Shown piece by piece: positions 35,808-45,895 of a stretch of DNA of 64,000 bases. The DNA is from Chthoniobacterales bacterium. GTDB lineage: Bacteria > Verrucomicrobiota > Verrucomicrobiia > Chthoniobacterales > Chthoniobacteraceae. Numbering within the stretch: position 1 is the first letter of the stretch; every line of letters starts with the position of its first letter. The stretch is taken from positions 128,001 to 192,000 of the forward strand of contig JBBQZX010000007.1 of assembly GCA_038207335.1 (NCBI GenBank), in the 5' to 3' direction. A model generated the notes under the pieces. It had not been told where the DNA came from and did not search any database. It saw only the letters and a list, made by a program, of their open reading frames with translations. The translations under genes were made by a program, and so were the position numbers.

Positions 35808-37466
35808 ATGGCCATCCTGAAAATCATCGGCATCCTCCTCGAGGTCGTCCTGCTCTTTAACCTTCTCATCGTCGTCCACGAGCTTGGACATTTTCTCGCC
35901 GCGAAATGGCGCGGTCTCGTGATCGAGGGCTTCGGCATCTGGTTTGGAAAACCCATCTGGCAAAAGAAAATCGGCGGCGTCCTCTACAGCCTCGGCAGCA
36001 TCCCGGCTGGCGGCTTCGTGAAGCTCCCGCAGCTCATGGATTCCGCGATCGAGGGCGACAGCGAATACGCCGGCAAAGAGCTTCCGAAGCTCAAGCCCGT
36101 GGACAAAATCATCGTCGCCATCGCCGGGCCAGTCTTCAGCTTCGGACTCGCGTGCTTTTTCGCCATCCTCGTCTGGCAGGTCGGCCGTCCGGTGAGTGAA
36201 GGTGAGCGCACTACGACCATCGGATACGTCGTCCCCGGCTCACCCGGTGAAGAGGCCGGCCTCCAGCCCGGCGACGAACTCCTCTCCATCGACGGCCACA
36301 AAGTCGCGCGCTGGGGTGGCCAGAGCGAGGACAGCGTGACGTGGCTCATCGCCGGCTCCGAGAATCCCAAAATCCATCTCGCCTACAAACGTGACGGCAT
36401 CATGCACGAAGTGGATGCCACGCCGAAAGTCGCGCAGACCAAATGGTTCGAGCGCCGTGGTCTGCGCCAGCTCGGCCTCGGCTCCATGAGCCGCCCGATG
36501 GTCGCGAAAACCATGCCCGGCAGTCCCGCCGACAAAGCCGGCTTCCAGCCCAGCGACCTCCTCACGCGCGTCGGCGGCGAGCCCATCTACGACGACTCCA
36601 CTCTCGACCTCTGGGCGCGCGCGCATCCCGGCGAGCCGCTCGTCATCGGCGTCGAGCGCAAAGGCGAGCCGGACCTAGTCCAGCTAACCCTCGAGCCGCG
36701 CGGATTCATCGCGGGGGACGTTTTCCCCGCGAGCCCCGCCGCCCGCGCAGGACTGAAAGCAGGAGACCGCATCCTCGCCGTCGATGGCACGCCGACCTCG
36801 TTCGGCGAAAATTTCGTGCGCTACATATGGGCCCACAACGGCCAGGCCGTGACCCTCAGCGTCGAGAGCGGCGCGGAGAAAAAAGAGATCACCGTCACGC
36901 CCGAAATCCCGCTGGAAGGCAGCGAAAAGCCCAGCATCGGCATCTCGCTCATGCGCGGCGACGGCTTCATCTTCGACGAACGCGGCAAGATGTGGCCGAT
37001 CCACCCATCGCCCGGCGAGCAAATCGGCGAGGCGACCGGCACGATGTATCAGACCTTCAAAAAGCTGAGCCCGACCTCCCACAGCAACATCAGCGTCCAG
37101 CACATGGGCGGCCCGGTGATGATGATGCGCATCTACTATTTACTCTTCGAGAGCCCGCAAGGCTGGCGGCTCGTCCTCTGGTTCAGCGTCATCATCAACG
37201 TCAACCTCGCGCTCATGAACATGCTGCCCATACCGCCGCTCGATGGCAGCCACATCACGCTTGCCATCGTCGAACTCGTCCGCGGCCGCCCGCCCGGCCC
37301 GCGCACCGCGCGCGTCGTCGAATACGTCCAGACTGCGGGCACCCTGCTCGTCATCGGCTTCATGCTTTTCGTCACGCTCTTCGACGTGCAGGACCTCTTT
37401 GGCGGGGGTAAAAAGAGCGGCGGCATGAAATTCAAACCCCAGCCGGCGGCACAGGCGTCTGCGTAA
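35808..37466 (+). CDS. rseP: RIP metalloprotease RseP (M50)
   Basis: HELGH, IPAGGFVK, AGP, PDZ repeats, NMLPIPPLDG. Confidence 0.93.
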   Translation: MAILKIIGILLEVVLLFNLLIVVHELGHFLAAKWRGLVIEGFGIWFGKPIWQKKIGGVLYSLGSIPAGGFVKLPQLMDSAIEGDSEYAGKELPKLKPVDKIIVAIAGPVFSFGLACFFAILVWQVGRPVSEGERTTTIGYVVPGSPGEEAGLQPGDELLSIDGHKVARWGGQSEDSVTWLIAGSENPKIHLAYKRDGIMHEVDATPKVAQTKWFERRGLRQLGLGSMSRPMVAKTMPGSPADKAGFQPSDLLTRVGGEPIYDDSTLDLWARAHPGEPLVIGVERKGEPDLVQLTLEPRGFIAGDVFPASPAARAGLKAGDRILAVDGTPTSFGENFVRYIWAHNGQAVTLSVESGAEKKEITVTPEIPLEGSEKPSIGISLMRGDGFIFDERGKMWPIHPSPGEQIGEATGTMYQTFKKLSPTSHSNISVQHMGGPVMMMRIYYLLFESPQGWRLVLWFSVIINVNLALMNMLPIPPLDGSHITLAIVELVRGRPPGPRTARVVEYVQTAGTLLVIGFMLFVTLFDVQDLFGGGKKSGGMKFKPQPAAQASA

Positions 37467-37549
37467 TCCGCGCCCGGCGTGACATTGCGCCCGTGCGCGA
37501 AACTTCTACACTCGCGCTTCCGAAAAAAGTCTGTGAACCAAGCCACGTT

Positions 37550-39328
37550 TTGAACGCCTACTGCGCCTCGCCTTTCACGTACCAGCGCCGCCCGACGCGC
37601 GCAGTCCATGTCGGCAAAGTCGCAGTCGGCGGCGACAATCCGATCCGCGTCCAGTCGATGATCACCTGCGACACGATGGACACCGCGGCCAGCATCCAGC
37701 AGACGCTCGACCTCGTCGCTGTCGGCTGCGAGATCGTCCGCATCACTGCGCCGACGGTGAAAGACGCCGCGAATCTCCAGCACATCGTCTCCGGGCTTCG
37801 GGAGCGCGGATGCGATGTGCCGATCGTCGCCGACATCCATTTTAAGCCCGAAGCGGCGATGGAGGCTGCGAAGTGGGTCGAGAAAGTGCGGATCAATCCC
37901 GGTAACTACGCCGACTCGAAAAAGTTCAAAATCGTCGAATACACCGACGACCAATATGCCGCCGAGCTTGAGAGAATCCGCGAGCGCTTCACGCCGCTCG
38001 TCGAGCTGTGCAAAGCCCGCGGCGTAGCCATGCGGATCGGCACGAACCACGGCTCGCTCAGCGACCGCATCATGAATCGCTATGGCGACACGCCGCTCGG
38101 CATGGTCGAGAGCGCGCTCGAGTTCGCCCGCATCGCCCGCGACCTCGACTACCACGAGTTCGTCTTTTCGATGAAATCCTCGAATCCAAAAGTGATGATC
38201 GAGGCCTACCGCCTCCTCGCCGCGCGGCTCGCGGAGGAAGGCAGTGACTGGAACTACCCCATTCACCTCGGTGTCACCGAAGCCGGCGACGGCGAAGACG
38301 CCCGCATCAAAAGCGCCATCGGCATCGGCAGCCTCCTTGCCGACGGCATCGGCGACACCATCCGCGTCTCACTGACCGAGGACAGCGTCCACGAAATCCC
38401 CGTCGCGCGCGCCCTCGCTGAACGCGCTCCGGGCGAAGCGCAATCGAACGCCGATTTCACACCTCCCATTTCCCACACCGCGTGGGATCCCTTTGTTTAT
38501 GAGCGTCGCGCGTCGCATACCATCGAGCGTGGCGGCGTGAAAATCGGCGGCGAAGAACTCGTTCGAGTCGTCGTCAAGCAGCGCATCTTCGACGCCGTCG
38601 CGCACAAACTCCCGCAGATGGGCGACTACCAGCCGGAGATCGTTTCCGAGACCGCCAAAATCATCGAACTCGACCCGCGCGACGCCGCGCAAATCGCGGT
38701 GCTCAACGCGGACGCCAACGACCGTTTCGTCACCGTCCGCGACGATTGCCCGCTGCCCGTCATCGCCGCTTTCCGTTTGCTCGCCGCGCAACTCGATCCG
38801 CGTCATCCGATTCTACTGAAAGACGTGCTCTCGGCACTGCCTGACCAACCATTTCTCCACACACTCCTGACCGCCGCGACGAACATCGGCTCACTGCTAT
38901 GCGACGGCATCGGCGACGCCATCCTCGTACAAGGGGAAAATGCCCCCGGCCAATCCCTCCGCCTCAGCTACAACATCCTGCAAGCCGCCGGCGCTCGCAT
39001 TTTCAAGACCGACTACGTGGCCTGCCCGAGCTGTGGACGCACGCTTTTCAACCTCCAGACCACCACCGCGAAAATCAAAGCCGCGACCGTCCATTTGAAA
39101 GGCGTGAAAATCGCCATCATGGGCTGCATCGTGAACGGCCCGGGCGAAATGGCCGACGCCGATTTCGGCTACGTCGGCGGCGCCCCCGGCAAAATCAATC
39201 TCTACGTCGGCAAGACCCCCGTGAAATTCAACATTCCCGAGTCCGAGGCCGTCGATCGGCTCCAGGACTTGATCCGCGAGCATGGCAAGTGGGTAGAACC
39301 TACATCCGAAGTCCTCGTTCCAACATGA
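37550..39328 (+). CDS. ispG: (E)-4-hydroxy-3-methylbut-2-enyl-diphosphate synthase, long form
   Basis: IRVQSM, VADIHF, RINPGN, NHGSLS, HLGVTEAG, GDTIRVSL, CPSCGR, MGCIVNGPGE. Start uncertain (TTG 37550 or GTG 37493). Confidence 0.95.
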   Translation: MNAYCASPFTYQRRPTRAVHVGKVAVGGDNPIRVQSMITCDTMDTAASIQQTLDLVAVGCEIVRITAPTVKDAANLQHIVSGLRERGCDVPIVADIHFKPEAAMEAAKWVEKVRINPGNYADSKKFKIVEYTDDQYAAELERIRERFTPLVELCKARGVAMRIGTNHGSLSDRIMNRYGDTPLGMVESALEFARIARDLDYHEFVFSMKSSNPKVMIEAYRLLAARLAEEGSDWNYPIHLGVTEAGDGEDARIKSAIGIGSLLADGIGDTIRVSLTEDSVHEIPVARALAERAPGEAQSNADFTPPISHTAWDPFVYERRASHTIERGGVKIGGEELVRVVVKQRIFDAVAHKLPQMGDYQPEIVSETAKIIELDPRDAAQIAVLNADANDRFVTVRDDCPLPVIAAFRLLAAQLDPRHPILLKDVLSALPDQPFLHTLLTAATNIGSLLCDGIGDAILVQGENAPGQSLRLSYNILQAAGARIFKTDYVACPSCGRTLFNLQTTTAKIKAATVHLKGVKIAIMGCIVNGPGEMADADFGYVGGAPGKINLYVGKTPVKFNIPESEAVDRLQDLIREHGKWVEPTSEVLVPT

Positions 39329-40149
39329 AAACACTCAAAGGCTCGACCGTTTTAATCACCGGCGCATCCTCCGGCTTCGGCGCGGAATTCGCGCGCCAGC
39401 TCGCCCCGCACGCGCACTGCCTCCTCCTCGTCGCCCGCCGCCGCGAGCGACTCGACGCACTCGCCTCCGAGATCGCGCGCCCGGGCCTCACCGTCCACTG
39501 CTTCGCCGCCGATCTCTCGGATGAAAATGCGATCCAAAGCCTGCTCCGCGACATCGTCGTAAATGGCGAACAAGTCACCTTTCTCATCAACAACGCCGGC
39601 GTCGGCGACCACGGCTTTTTCGAGGACGCCGAATGGCCGCGCGTCCAGTCGATGCTCGATGTGAACATCCTCGCACTCACCCGCCTCACGCACGGCATCG
39701 TGCCGCAGCTCGTCCGCTCCGGCCGCGGCGCAATCCTGAATGTCAGCTCCATCGCGGGCTACCTCCCTATGCCGAAAATGGCCGTCTATGCCGCGACGAA
39801 ATCATACGTCACGAGCTTCACCGAAGCCCTCCGCGCCGAGCTGCGCGGCAGCGGTGTCACCGTCTCCGCCGTCTGCCCCGGCCCCGTCGATACCGAGTTC
39901 TTCGACACCGCCGAGCGCGAGGGCAGCGACGACGAAATGACCATGCCGGACTTTTTCAAAGTCACCCCCGCGCAAGTCGTCCGCGACGCCCTCCACGCCG
40001 TGATCCACGACCGCGCCCGCGTAGTCCCCGGCCTCCCCGTCTGCATCGCCATCGGGCTCGTCGCGCTCATCCCTATCTTCCTCCTCCGCCTCCTCCTCCC
40101 GCCCGGTCGTCCCACCAAGCCCGCTCGACAAGCCCCCGCCACCACCTAA
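39325..40149 (+). CDS. SDR family oxidoreductase
   Basis: ITGASSGFG, INNAG, NVSS, YAATK; start overlaps the ispG stop (ATGA). Confidence 0.9.
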   Translation: MKTLKGSTVLITGASSGFGAEFARQLAPHAHCLLLVARRRERLDALASEIARPGLTVHCFAADLSDENAIQSLLRDIVVNGEQVTFLINNAGVGDHGFFEDAEWPRVQSMLDVNILALTRLTHGIVPQLVRSGRGAILNVSSIAGYLPMPKMAVYAATKSYVTSFTEALRAELRGSGVTVSAVCPGPVDTEFFDTAEREGSDDEMTMPDFFKVTPAQVVRDALHAVIHDRARVVPGLPVCIAIGLVALIPIFLLRLLLPPGRPTKPARQAPATT

Positions 40150-40161
40150 CCTCCCCGCGCC

Positions 40162-40482
40162 ATGATCCCCATCGTCAAACTCTACTACTTCATCTTCGGA
40201 GCGCTCACGATCCTCGGCGGGCTCATGGGCTTCCTGAAAAAGCACAGCGTCGCGTCTCTCATTGCCGGCGGGCTCTGCGGCATCCTGCTCATCATCGCCG
40301 GCGTGCTTTTGAAAGACAAAGTTCCGCCCGCTCTCATCCTCGGCGGCGTCGTCTCACTCGCCCTGCTCGGAAAATTTCTCCCCGCATTCCTCCACAAGCA
40401 CACGTGGATGCCTGGCGGCATCATGTGCATCCTCGCGCTGATCGGCATCATCGTCTCGGTGCTCGGCTTCGCCAAAAACTAG
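40162..40482 (+). CDS. TMEM14 family small membrane protein
   Basis: LGGLMGF.KK.S.ASLIAG and MPGG pattern; four short hydrophobic helices. Confidence 0.8.
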   Translation: MIPIVKLYYFIFGALTILGGLMGFLKKHSVASLIAGGLCGILLIIAGVLLKDKVPPALILGGVVSLALLGKFLPAFLHKHTWMPGGIMCILALIGIIVSVLGFAKN

Positions 40483-40511
40483 CGCCCACCGCTATTAGTT
40501 CCCGCCCGCAG

Positions 40512-41807
40512 ATGCGCTGGCCCATCGCCGTCCCAGCCGCTCTGGCGCTTGCTTTTGCGCTCACCGCCTGCCCGCGGCCGCAGCCGCCGCGCCCGCCCGT
40601 CGAGCCCACGCCGCAGCCCGCCACCCCGCCGCCGCTGCCTACGCCTCCGCCGATACCGCCGCCTCCATACGTCCCGAACAAACGGCTCGAAACCGGCCGC
40701 ATCTTCAACGGCATGCAATACCGCGTGACCCTCGAAACCGAAGTCGGCAGCACCGCCACCACCGAGCGCAACGAGCCCGGCAGCTACGTCGCCGACCTCC
40801 GCGTGAAAGTCCGCGTCCCTCAGCCCCACAAAAGCCTCGCCGAAATCACCAAGCTCAACGCCCAACTCCCCGCTCTCCTCCCAGGACTCCCGGCGCTACT
40901 TGATTCCGCACACGTCTCCCACTTTTACGACGACCTCTACCGCCTCAAAGTCGCCAGCCTCCAGTCCAGCCTCAACCGCCTCGACAACCTCCTCTCGCGC
41001 CACAACTTCTTCGACACCGAGACCATCCTCGAACTCGAAGACACCAAAACCAAACGCCGCGCCCTCTTCATCCAGAGCGACATGGACGTCGATGAAGACG
41101 GCTCCGACAGCGACCGCGTCCCCGAGGTCGATGGGTCCTCCGTCACCTTCCAGCCCTTCACCAGCTATAAGTGGCCGAAGAAAACCGCCACCCCGAATTC
41201 CTTCATCCTCCCGCGCGAGGCGAAAATGCGCGCCTTGGAGCTCGAGCTCACGCAGCCCGGAGTCTCCGCCGCGAAAATCCGCGACTCCAAGCAAACCATC
41301 ACCCGCCTGAAAGCCGAGATTTCCGACCTCAAAAAATTCAGCTACCTCGTCGCATCCACCGACCCCTACGTCGTCCTCCCCGGTGCCATGTTTGGAAAAT
41401 CGAAAGGCCCATTCGCCCCCGCTGTCGGCGACTACTGCGTTATCGCCTACGACTCGACCCTTTACCCCGCCATCATCGGCGACGTCGGCCCCAGCGCCAT
41501 CGCCGGCGAAGCCTCCCTCCGTATCTGCAAGCAACTCAACGCCCGCGCCGACACCAACAACCGTCCCGTCAACGACCTCAAAGTGACCTACCTCATCTTC
41601 CCCGGCACTGCGGAAAAGCCGACTACCGCCCCCGATTTTTCAAAGTGGAGTTCTCGCTGCGCTCAATTCCTCGATGAACTCGGCGGCCACACAGGGGAGT
41701 TACTTTTGTGGGAAGATCTGACCAAACCCAAACCACCACCGGAAATCCCACCTGCCGCTCCGCAACCCGCACCGGCTTCAACTCCCGCCCCGAAGCCCGC
41801 AGGATAA
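40512..41807 (+). CDS. Lipoprotein with GH75 (chitosanase)-like domain
   Basis: Lipobox LTAC, Pro-rich linker, DMDVDEDG, PYVVLP, AIIGDVGP..GEASL, VTYLIFPG. Confidence 0.7.
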   Translation: MRWPIAVPAALALAFALTACPRPQPPRPPVEPTPQPATPPPLPTPPPIPPPPYVPNKRLETGRIFNGMQYRVTLETEVGSTATTERNEPGSYVADLRVKVRVPQPHKSLAEITKLNAQLPALLPGLPALLDSAHVSHFYDDLYRLKVASLQSSLNRLDNLLSRHNFFDTETILELEDTKTKRRALFIQSDMDVDEDGSDSDRVPEVDGSSVTFQPFTSYKWPKKTATPNSFILPREAKMRALELELTQPGVSAAKIRDSKQTITRLKAEISDLKKFSYLVASTDPYVVLPGAMFGKSKGPFAPAVGDYCVIAYDSTLYPAIIGDVGPSAIAGEASLRICKQLNARADTNNRPVNDLKVTYLIFPGTAEKPTTAPDFSKWSSRCAQFLDELGGHTGELLLWEDLTKPKPPPEIPPAAPQPAPASTPAPKPAG

Positions 41808-41818
41808 AATCCGGACAC

Positions 41819-42838
41819 TCAATTTTCCGCATACCAGCGGACTGTTTCGGCGAGGCCGGTGACGACGGAGACCGTGGGGGCGAAGCCGATGGCTTGGGTG
41901 ATTTTTGCGATGTCGGCGGAGGAGTGGGTGATGTCGCCGGGGCGCGGAGAGCTGTAGATGACAGGCTTTGCGGGCGATCCTGTGAGCGTGGCGAGTTCTG
42001 TCGCAATGAGGTTGTAGAGTTCGTCGAGGGTGTTGCTGACACCGAGGGCGACGTTGAAGACAGCACCGAACGCGTCGGCGTTTTCGGCCGTGGCGGCGAG
42101 GAGGTTGGCTTGGACGACATTTGCAACGTGGCAGAAATCGCGAGTGATCGAGCCCTCGCCGTTGATCGCGCAGGTGCCCCCCGCGAGGAGTTTCGCCACC
42201 CACAGCGGGATCACCGCCGCGTATCCACCGGCAGGATTTTGGCGCGGGCCGAAAATGTTGAAATACCGCAGGCCGATGGTTTGCAGACCGTAGTGCCGGC
42301 CAAATTGCTCGGCATAAATCTCGCACATCCGCTTCGACGCGGCGTACGGCGAAAGCGCCGCGCCGATGTGCTCCTCGACTTTCGGCATCCGAGCATCGTC
42401 GCCATAGACGGCGCTGCTGCTCGCATAGACAAAGCGCCGCACACCGCAATCGCGCGCCGCCGCGAGGAGATTCAGCGTTCCCGTGACATTCGTCGTGTGG
42501 CAGCCGAGCGGGCCTTCGATCGACTGCGGGACCGACACAAAGCCAGCCTGATGGAGCACGAAATCGACGCCTTCGCACGCCGCGCGGCAGGCGGGGAGAT
42601 CGCTCACGCTTCCCTCCGAAAATATGAAACGCGCCCACTGCTCCGGCGAGACGCGGCGTTGCACGTCGCCGAGATTTTCTCGCGAGCCGGTGGACAGATC
42701 GTCGAGCCCGATCACCCGCTGATCCAGCAACAGTAAGGCTTCGAGCAGATGCGAGCCGATGAACCCGGCGACGCCTGTGATGAGCCAGCCGCGCGGCTGC
42801 GCGCGGAGTTCAGCGGATATCTTTTCGTAAGCGGACAT
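41819..42838 (-). CDS. UDP-GlcNAc(A) C4-epimerase (WbpP/TviC-like)
   Basis: WLITGVAGFIGS, HQA..SVP.SI, YASSSAVYGD, SPYA.SK, LRYFNIFGPRQ.P...YAAVIP.W. Confidence 0.88.
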   Translation of the reverse strand: MSAYEKISAELRAQPRGWLITGVAGFIGSHLLEALLLLDQRVIGLDDLSTGSRENLGDVQRRVSPEQWARFIFSEGSVSDLPACRAACEGVDFVLHQAGFVSVPQSIEGPLGCHTTNVTGTLNLLAAARDCGVRRFVYASSSAVYGDDARMPKVEEHIGAALSPYAASKRMCEIYAEQFGRHYGLQTIGLRYFNIFGPRQNPAGGYAAVIPLWVAKLLAGGTCAINGEGSITRDFCHVANVVQANLLAATAENADAFGAVFNVALGVSNTLDELYNLIATELATLTGSPAKPVIYSSPRPGDITHSSADIAKITQAIGFAPTVSVVTGLAETVRWYAEN

Positions 42839-42849
42839 GCGTGGGTCGT

Positions 42850-44031
42850 TCAGTGCACCTGCGCGCTGCGTGCGTCTTTTTCCGAATCGCTGCGTCCGCC
42901 GCGGTAAAAATCCGCGGCCGATTGCAGGACGGATTCGTATTGCGAGGTGATGGCGGCGAGGTCGAAGTCGCGCGCTTTTTCGTGACTCGCGGCTTTCATC
43001 GCGGTAAAGCGCGCGGGATCGCCGATGAGCGCGCGAAGGCCGCTGGCAAAGGCTTTGACATCGCCAACGGGCAGCAGCAGCGCATTCTCCGGCGACGCGA
43101 CGTCCCGCAGGCCAGGGATTGCGCTACCAACGATCGCGAGTCCGAATTTCAGCGCCTCTACCGCTGCAACCGGCATGCCCTCGACGCTCGACGGCATCAC
43201 AAGCGCATCCGCTTCGCGCAAGATCGCGTGAACTTCCGGCGTCTTGAGCCAGCCGGTGACGCGCGCGCGTTCCTGTAATCCGGTCTCCGCGAGACGCTCG
43301 CGGACGGCGAGCATCTGCGGGCCGTCGCCGATGACCGTGATCGTCCAATCGAGGTCGCGGAGCCGCGCGAGTGCGTCGATGAGAAAGAGCAGATTTTTCT
43401 GCGGATTGAACCGACCGATGAACAACAGATGCGGCGGCGATCCAGCAGGGACGGGCTTTTCCGGGCGGTCCGCGAGGTCGATGCCGTTGAGGATTTTCTC
43501 GACCGGGCGGTCGTAGGCGGCGACCGCGAGTTCGCTCACAAACTCGCTGACGGCGGTGACCGCCGCCGCCTGCTGCCAAACGCGCCGGGCGATCGGGTCG
43601 ATCATTTTGAAAAGCGTATCGGTGTCCTGCGGCAGCGCGCCGGGCACATCGCCGAGATGCGCGGTGAGCACATACGGCACGCCCGTGACCCAATGCGCGA
43701 CCCAGGCGAGGAGGCCGGTCGGCATGGCGAAATGCGCGTGGATGACATCCGGCTGCCAGCGCGCGATGTGGCGAAGCGTCGGCAGAAAACTGGTCGCAAC
43801 GAAAAGCCCCATTTCATGCACCGCGCAGGTGTCTTCGCGTCGGCGGAAGCTCGGCGTGCGGAAAATCTCGACGCCGCGAATCGTCTCGCGCGCGGGCAGG
43901 TGCGACATGCCCGCCGTCTGCACGCGAACCTCGTGCCCGCGGGCCTCTAGCGCCTCCGCAATGCTCTGCGCCGCGCGCCCGCCGCCGCCGCCGATGGGCG
44001 GATATTCGTAGCAGAGGACGAGGATTTTCAT
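42850..44031 (-). CDS. Glycosyltransferase family 4
   Basis: YEYPPIGGG, HAHF, GRF..QK, PS..EGMP....EA. Confidence 0.9.
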   Translation of the reverse strand: MKILVLCYEYPPIGGGGGRAAQSIAEALEARGHEVRVQTAGMSHLPARETIRGVEIFRTPSFRRREDTCAVHEMGLFVATSFLPTLRHIARWQPDVIHAHFAMPTGLLAWVAHWVTGVPYVLTAHLGDVPGALPQDTDTLFKMIDPIARRVWQQAAAVTAVSEFVSELAVAAYDRPVEKILNGIDLADRPEKPVPAGSPPHLLFIGRFNPQKNLLFLIDALARLRDLDWTITVIGDGPQMLAVRERLAETGLQERARVTGWLKTPEVHAILREADALVMPSSVEGMPVAAVEALKFGLAIVGSAIPGLRDVASPENALLLPVGDVKAFASGLRALIGDPARFTAMKAASHEKARDFDLAAITSQYESVLQSAADFYRGGRSDSEKDARSAQVH

Positions 44032-44041
44032 GCATCCGAAA

Positions 44042-45892
44042 TCATTTCCGCAGCCATCGCGTGAGCAGCCACTCGCTCCACAAAAACAGCCGCTCGTCGG
44101 ATTTTCCGGCGCGGTGGGAGGCGAGTTTTTTAGCGATGAAATCGGGGTTTAGCGGCGCGGGCGACGGGGCGCTGCAATCGAAGCGGCTTTCGCGCAGCCA
44201 GCGGCCGATGGGCATCCCAAATCCTTTCTTCGGACGCTCGACGATCTCGCGCGGAAGCAAAGGGGCGAGGGCGCGTTTGAGGATCCATTTCGTCTCGCCG
44301 TTGTGGAGCTTGAGCTGGTGCGGGATGCGACGAGCGAGATCTACAAATTCGATGTCGAGGAAGGGCGAGCGCGCTTCGAGGGACGACATCATCGAGGCGC
44401 GATCGACTTTCGCGAGGATGCCGTCCTGGAGGTAGAGGTTCGTCCAGAATTGGAGCGAGCGGTCGATGAGGTTTGGCTGCGCACAGCGGTCCCATGCGGT
44501 GATCGCTTCGCTGTAAATCTCGTCGATGTCGGTGGGCTCTCGGAAAAGTTCGGACAGCTCGGACGGCTCGGCAGCGCCCATCCAGACAGGGTTCCAGAGC
44601 TTCGGCGGGTAGCTGAGGCCCATCAGGGTACGCTTGATTTTGAAGTCGAAGCTGATGTTGGCGTGGCTGACGGGGAGGCGTCCGGCGAGGAGCCGGATCG
44701 CGGTGTGGAGTGGGCGCGGGACGAAGCGCGAATACGCGTCGGCGGAGCGGAGCGCGCGCATCGGATCGTAGCCGGCGAAGAGTTCGTCGCCGCCATCGCC
44801 GCCGAGCGCGACGGTGACGTGCTGGCGGGTAAATCGCGCGAGCAGGCAGGTCGGGAGGAGCGAGCCGTCGCCGAGCGGTTCGTCGAGATGCGCGATGATT
44901 TCGGGAAGGAGCGCGACGGATTTGTCGAGGTCGAGAATCTCCTCGCGATGCCACGTGCCGAGTCGCTCGGCGACGAACCGGGCGTGCGCGGATTCGTCGA
45001 AGCTCGGCTCGTTGAAACCGATGGAAAAGGTGTTGAGCTGTCCGGCGGGAACGTGCTTCGCGGCGAGCGCGGCGATGGCGGAGGAGTCGAGGCCGCCGCT
45101 GAGGAAAACGCCGAGCGGCACGTCGGACATGAGCCGTCTATTCACCGAACGCTCCAGCGTGTCGCGGAGGTTTTCGCAGAGGGCGGGAACGTCGCGGCCG
45201 AGCGCTTCGTCGGGCTCCATTTTGAACTCCCAGAAACGCGTGATTTTCAACTCGCGACTCGTGAGGTCGAAAGCGAACGAGTGCCCGCCGGGCAGCTTCC
45301 AGACCCGCTCGTAGATTGAGCGCGGGGCGGGGATGTAGCAGTAGGCGAAGTATTTTTTGAGCGAGAGCGTGGAGAGATTTCGCGGGCAGCTCGGATGCGC
45401 AAGGAGCGCGGGAAGCTCGCTAGCGAAGCCGAAGTTTTCCCCCTCGTGAAAGTAGTAGAGCGGCTTTTTCCCGAAGCGGTCACGGCTGCCGAAAAGACGC
45501 TGCCTTTCGCGATCGAAAATGACGAACGCCCACATGCCATTGAGTCGCTCGACGAAGCCGTCGCCCCACTCGCGATAGGCGTGGAGCAGCACCTCGGTGT
45601 CGGAGTGGTCGGTGAGGAAAACGCAGCGGCGCGCCTTCAGCTCCGTGCGGAGTTCGGCGTGGTTGTAAATCTCGCCATTGAAGACGACGCCGAGCGCGCG
45701 GTCGGCGGTCCACATCGGCTGCGCGCCGCCGCTGAGATCGACAATGGAGAGGCGTCTGTGGCCGAGGAAAACGCCCGCGCTTTCATCCTGCCAAAGTCCC
45801 TCCGCATCGGGCCCGCGATGGCGGATGGCATCGGTCATCCGGCGCAGAGTCGAGCGGTCGCCCGCACCCACGAAGCCAGCGATCCCGCACAT
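44042..45892 (-). CDS. asnB: Asparagine synthase (glutamine-hydrolysing) family amidotransferase
   Basis: MCGIAG, HRGPD, HRRLSIVD, FNGEIYN, LSGGLDSS, GDGGDELFAGY, RPKKGF. Confidence 0.92.
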   Translation of the reverse strand: MCGIAGFVGAGDRSTLRRMTDAIRHRGPDAEGLWQDESAGVFLGHRRLSIVDLSGGAQPMWTADRALGVVFNGEIYNHAELRTELKARRCVFLTDHSDTEVLLHAYREWGDGFVERLNGMWAFVIFDRERQRLFGSRDRFGKKPLYYFHEGENFGFASELPALLAHPSCPRNLSTLSLKKYFAYCYIPAPRSIYERVWKLPGGHSFAFDLTSRELKITRFWEFKMEPDEALGRDVPALCENLRDTLERSVNRRLMSDVPLGVFLSGGLDSSAIAALAAKHVPAGQLNTFSIGFNEPSFDESAHARFVAERLGTWHREEILDLDKSVALLPEIIAHLDEPLGDGSLLPTCLLARFTRQHVTVALGGDGGDELFAGYDPMRALRSADAYSRFVPRPLHTAIRLLAGRLPVSHANISFDFKIKRTLMGLSYPPKLWNPVWMGAAEPSELSELFREPTDIDEIYSEAITAWDRCAQPNLIDRSLQFWTNLYLQDGILAKVDRASMMSSLEARSPFLDIEFVDLARRIPHQLKLHNGETKWILKRALAPLLPREIVERPKKGFGMPIGRWLRESRFDCSAPSPAPLNPDFIAKKLASHRAGKSDERLFLWSEWLLTRWLRK

Positions 45893-45895
45893 CGA

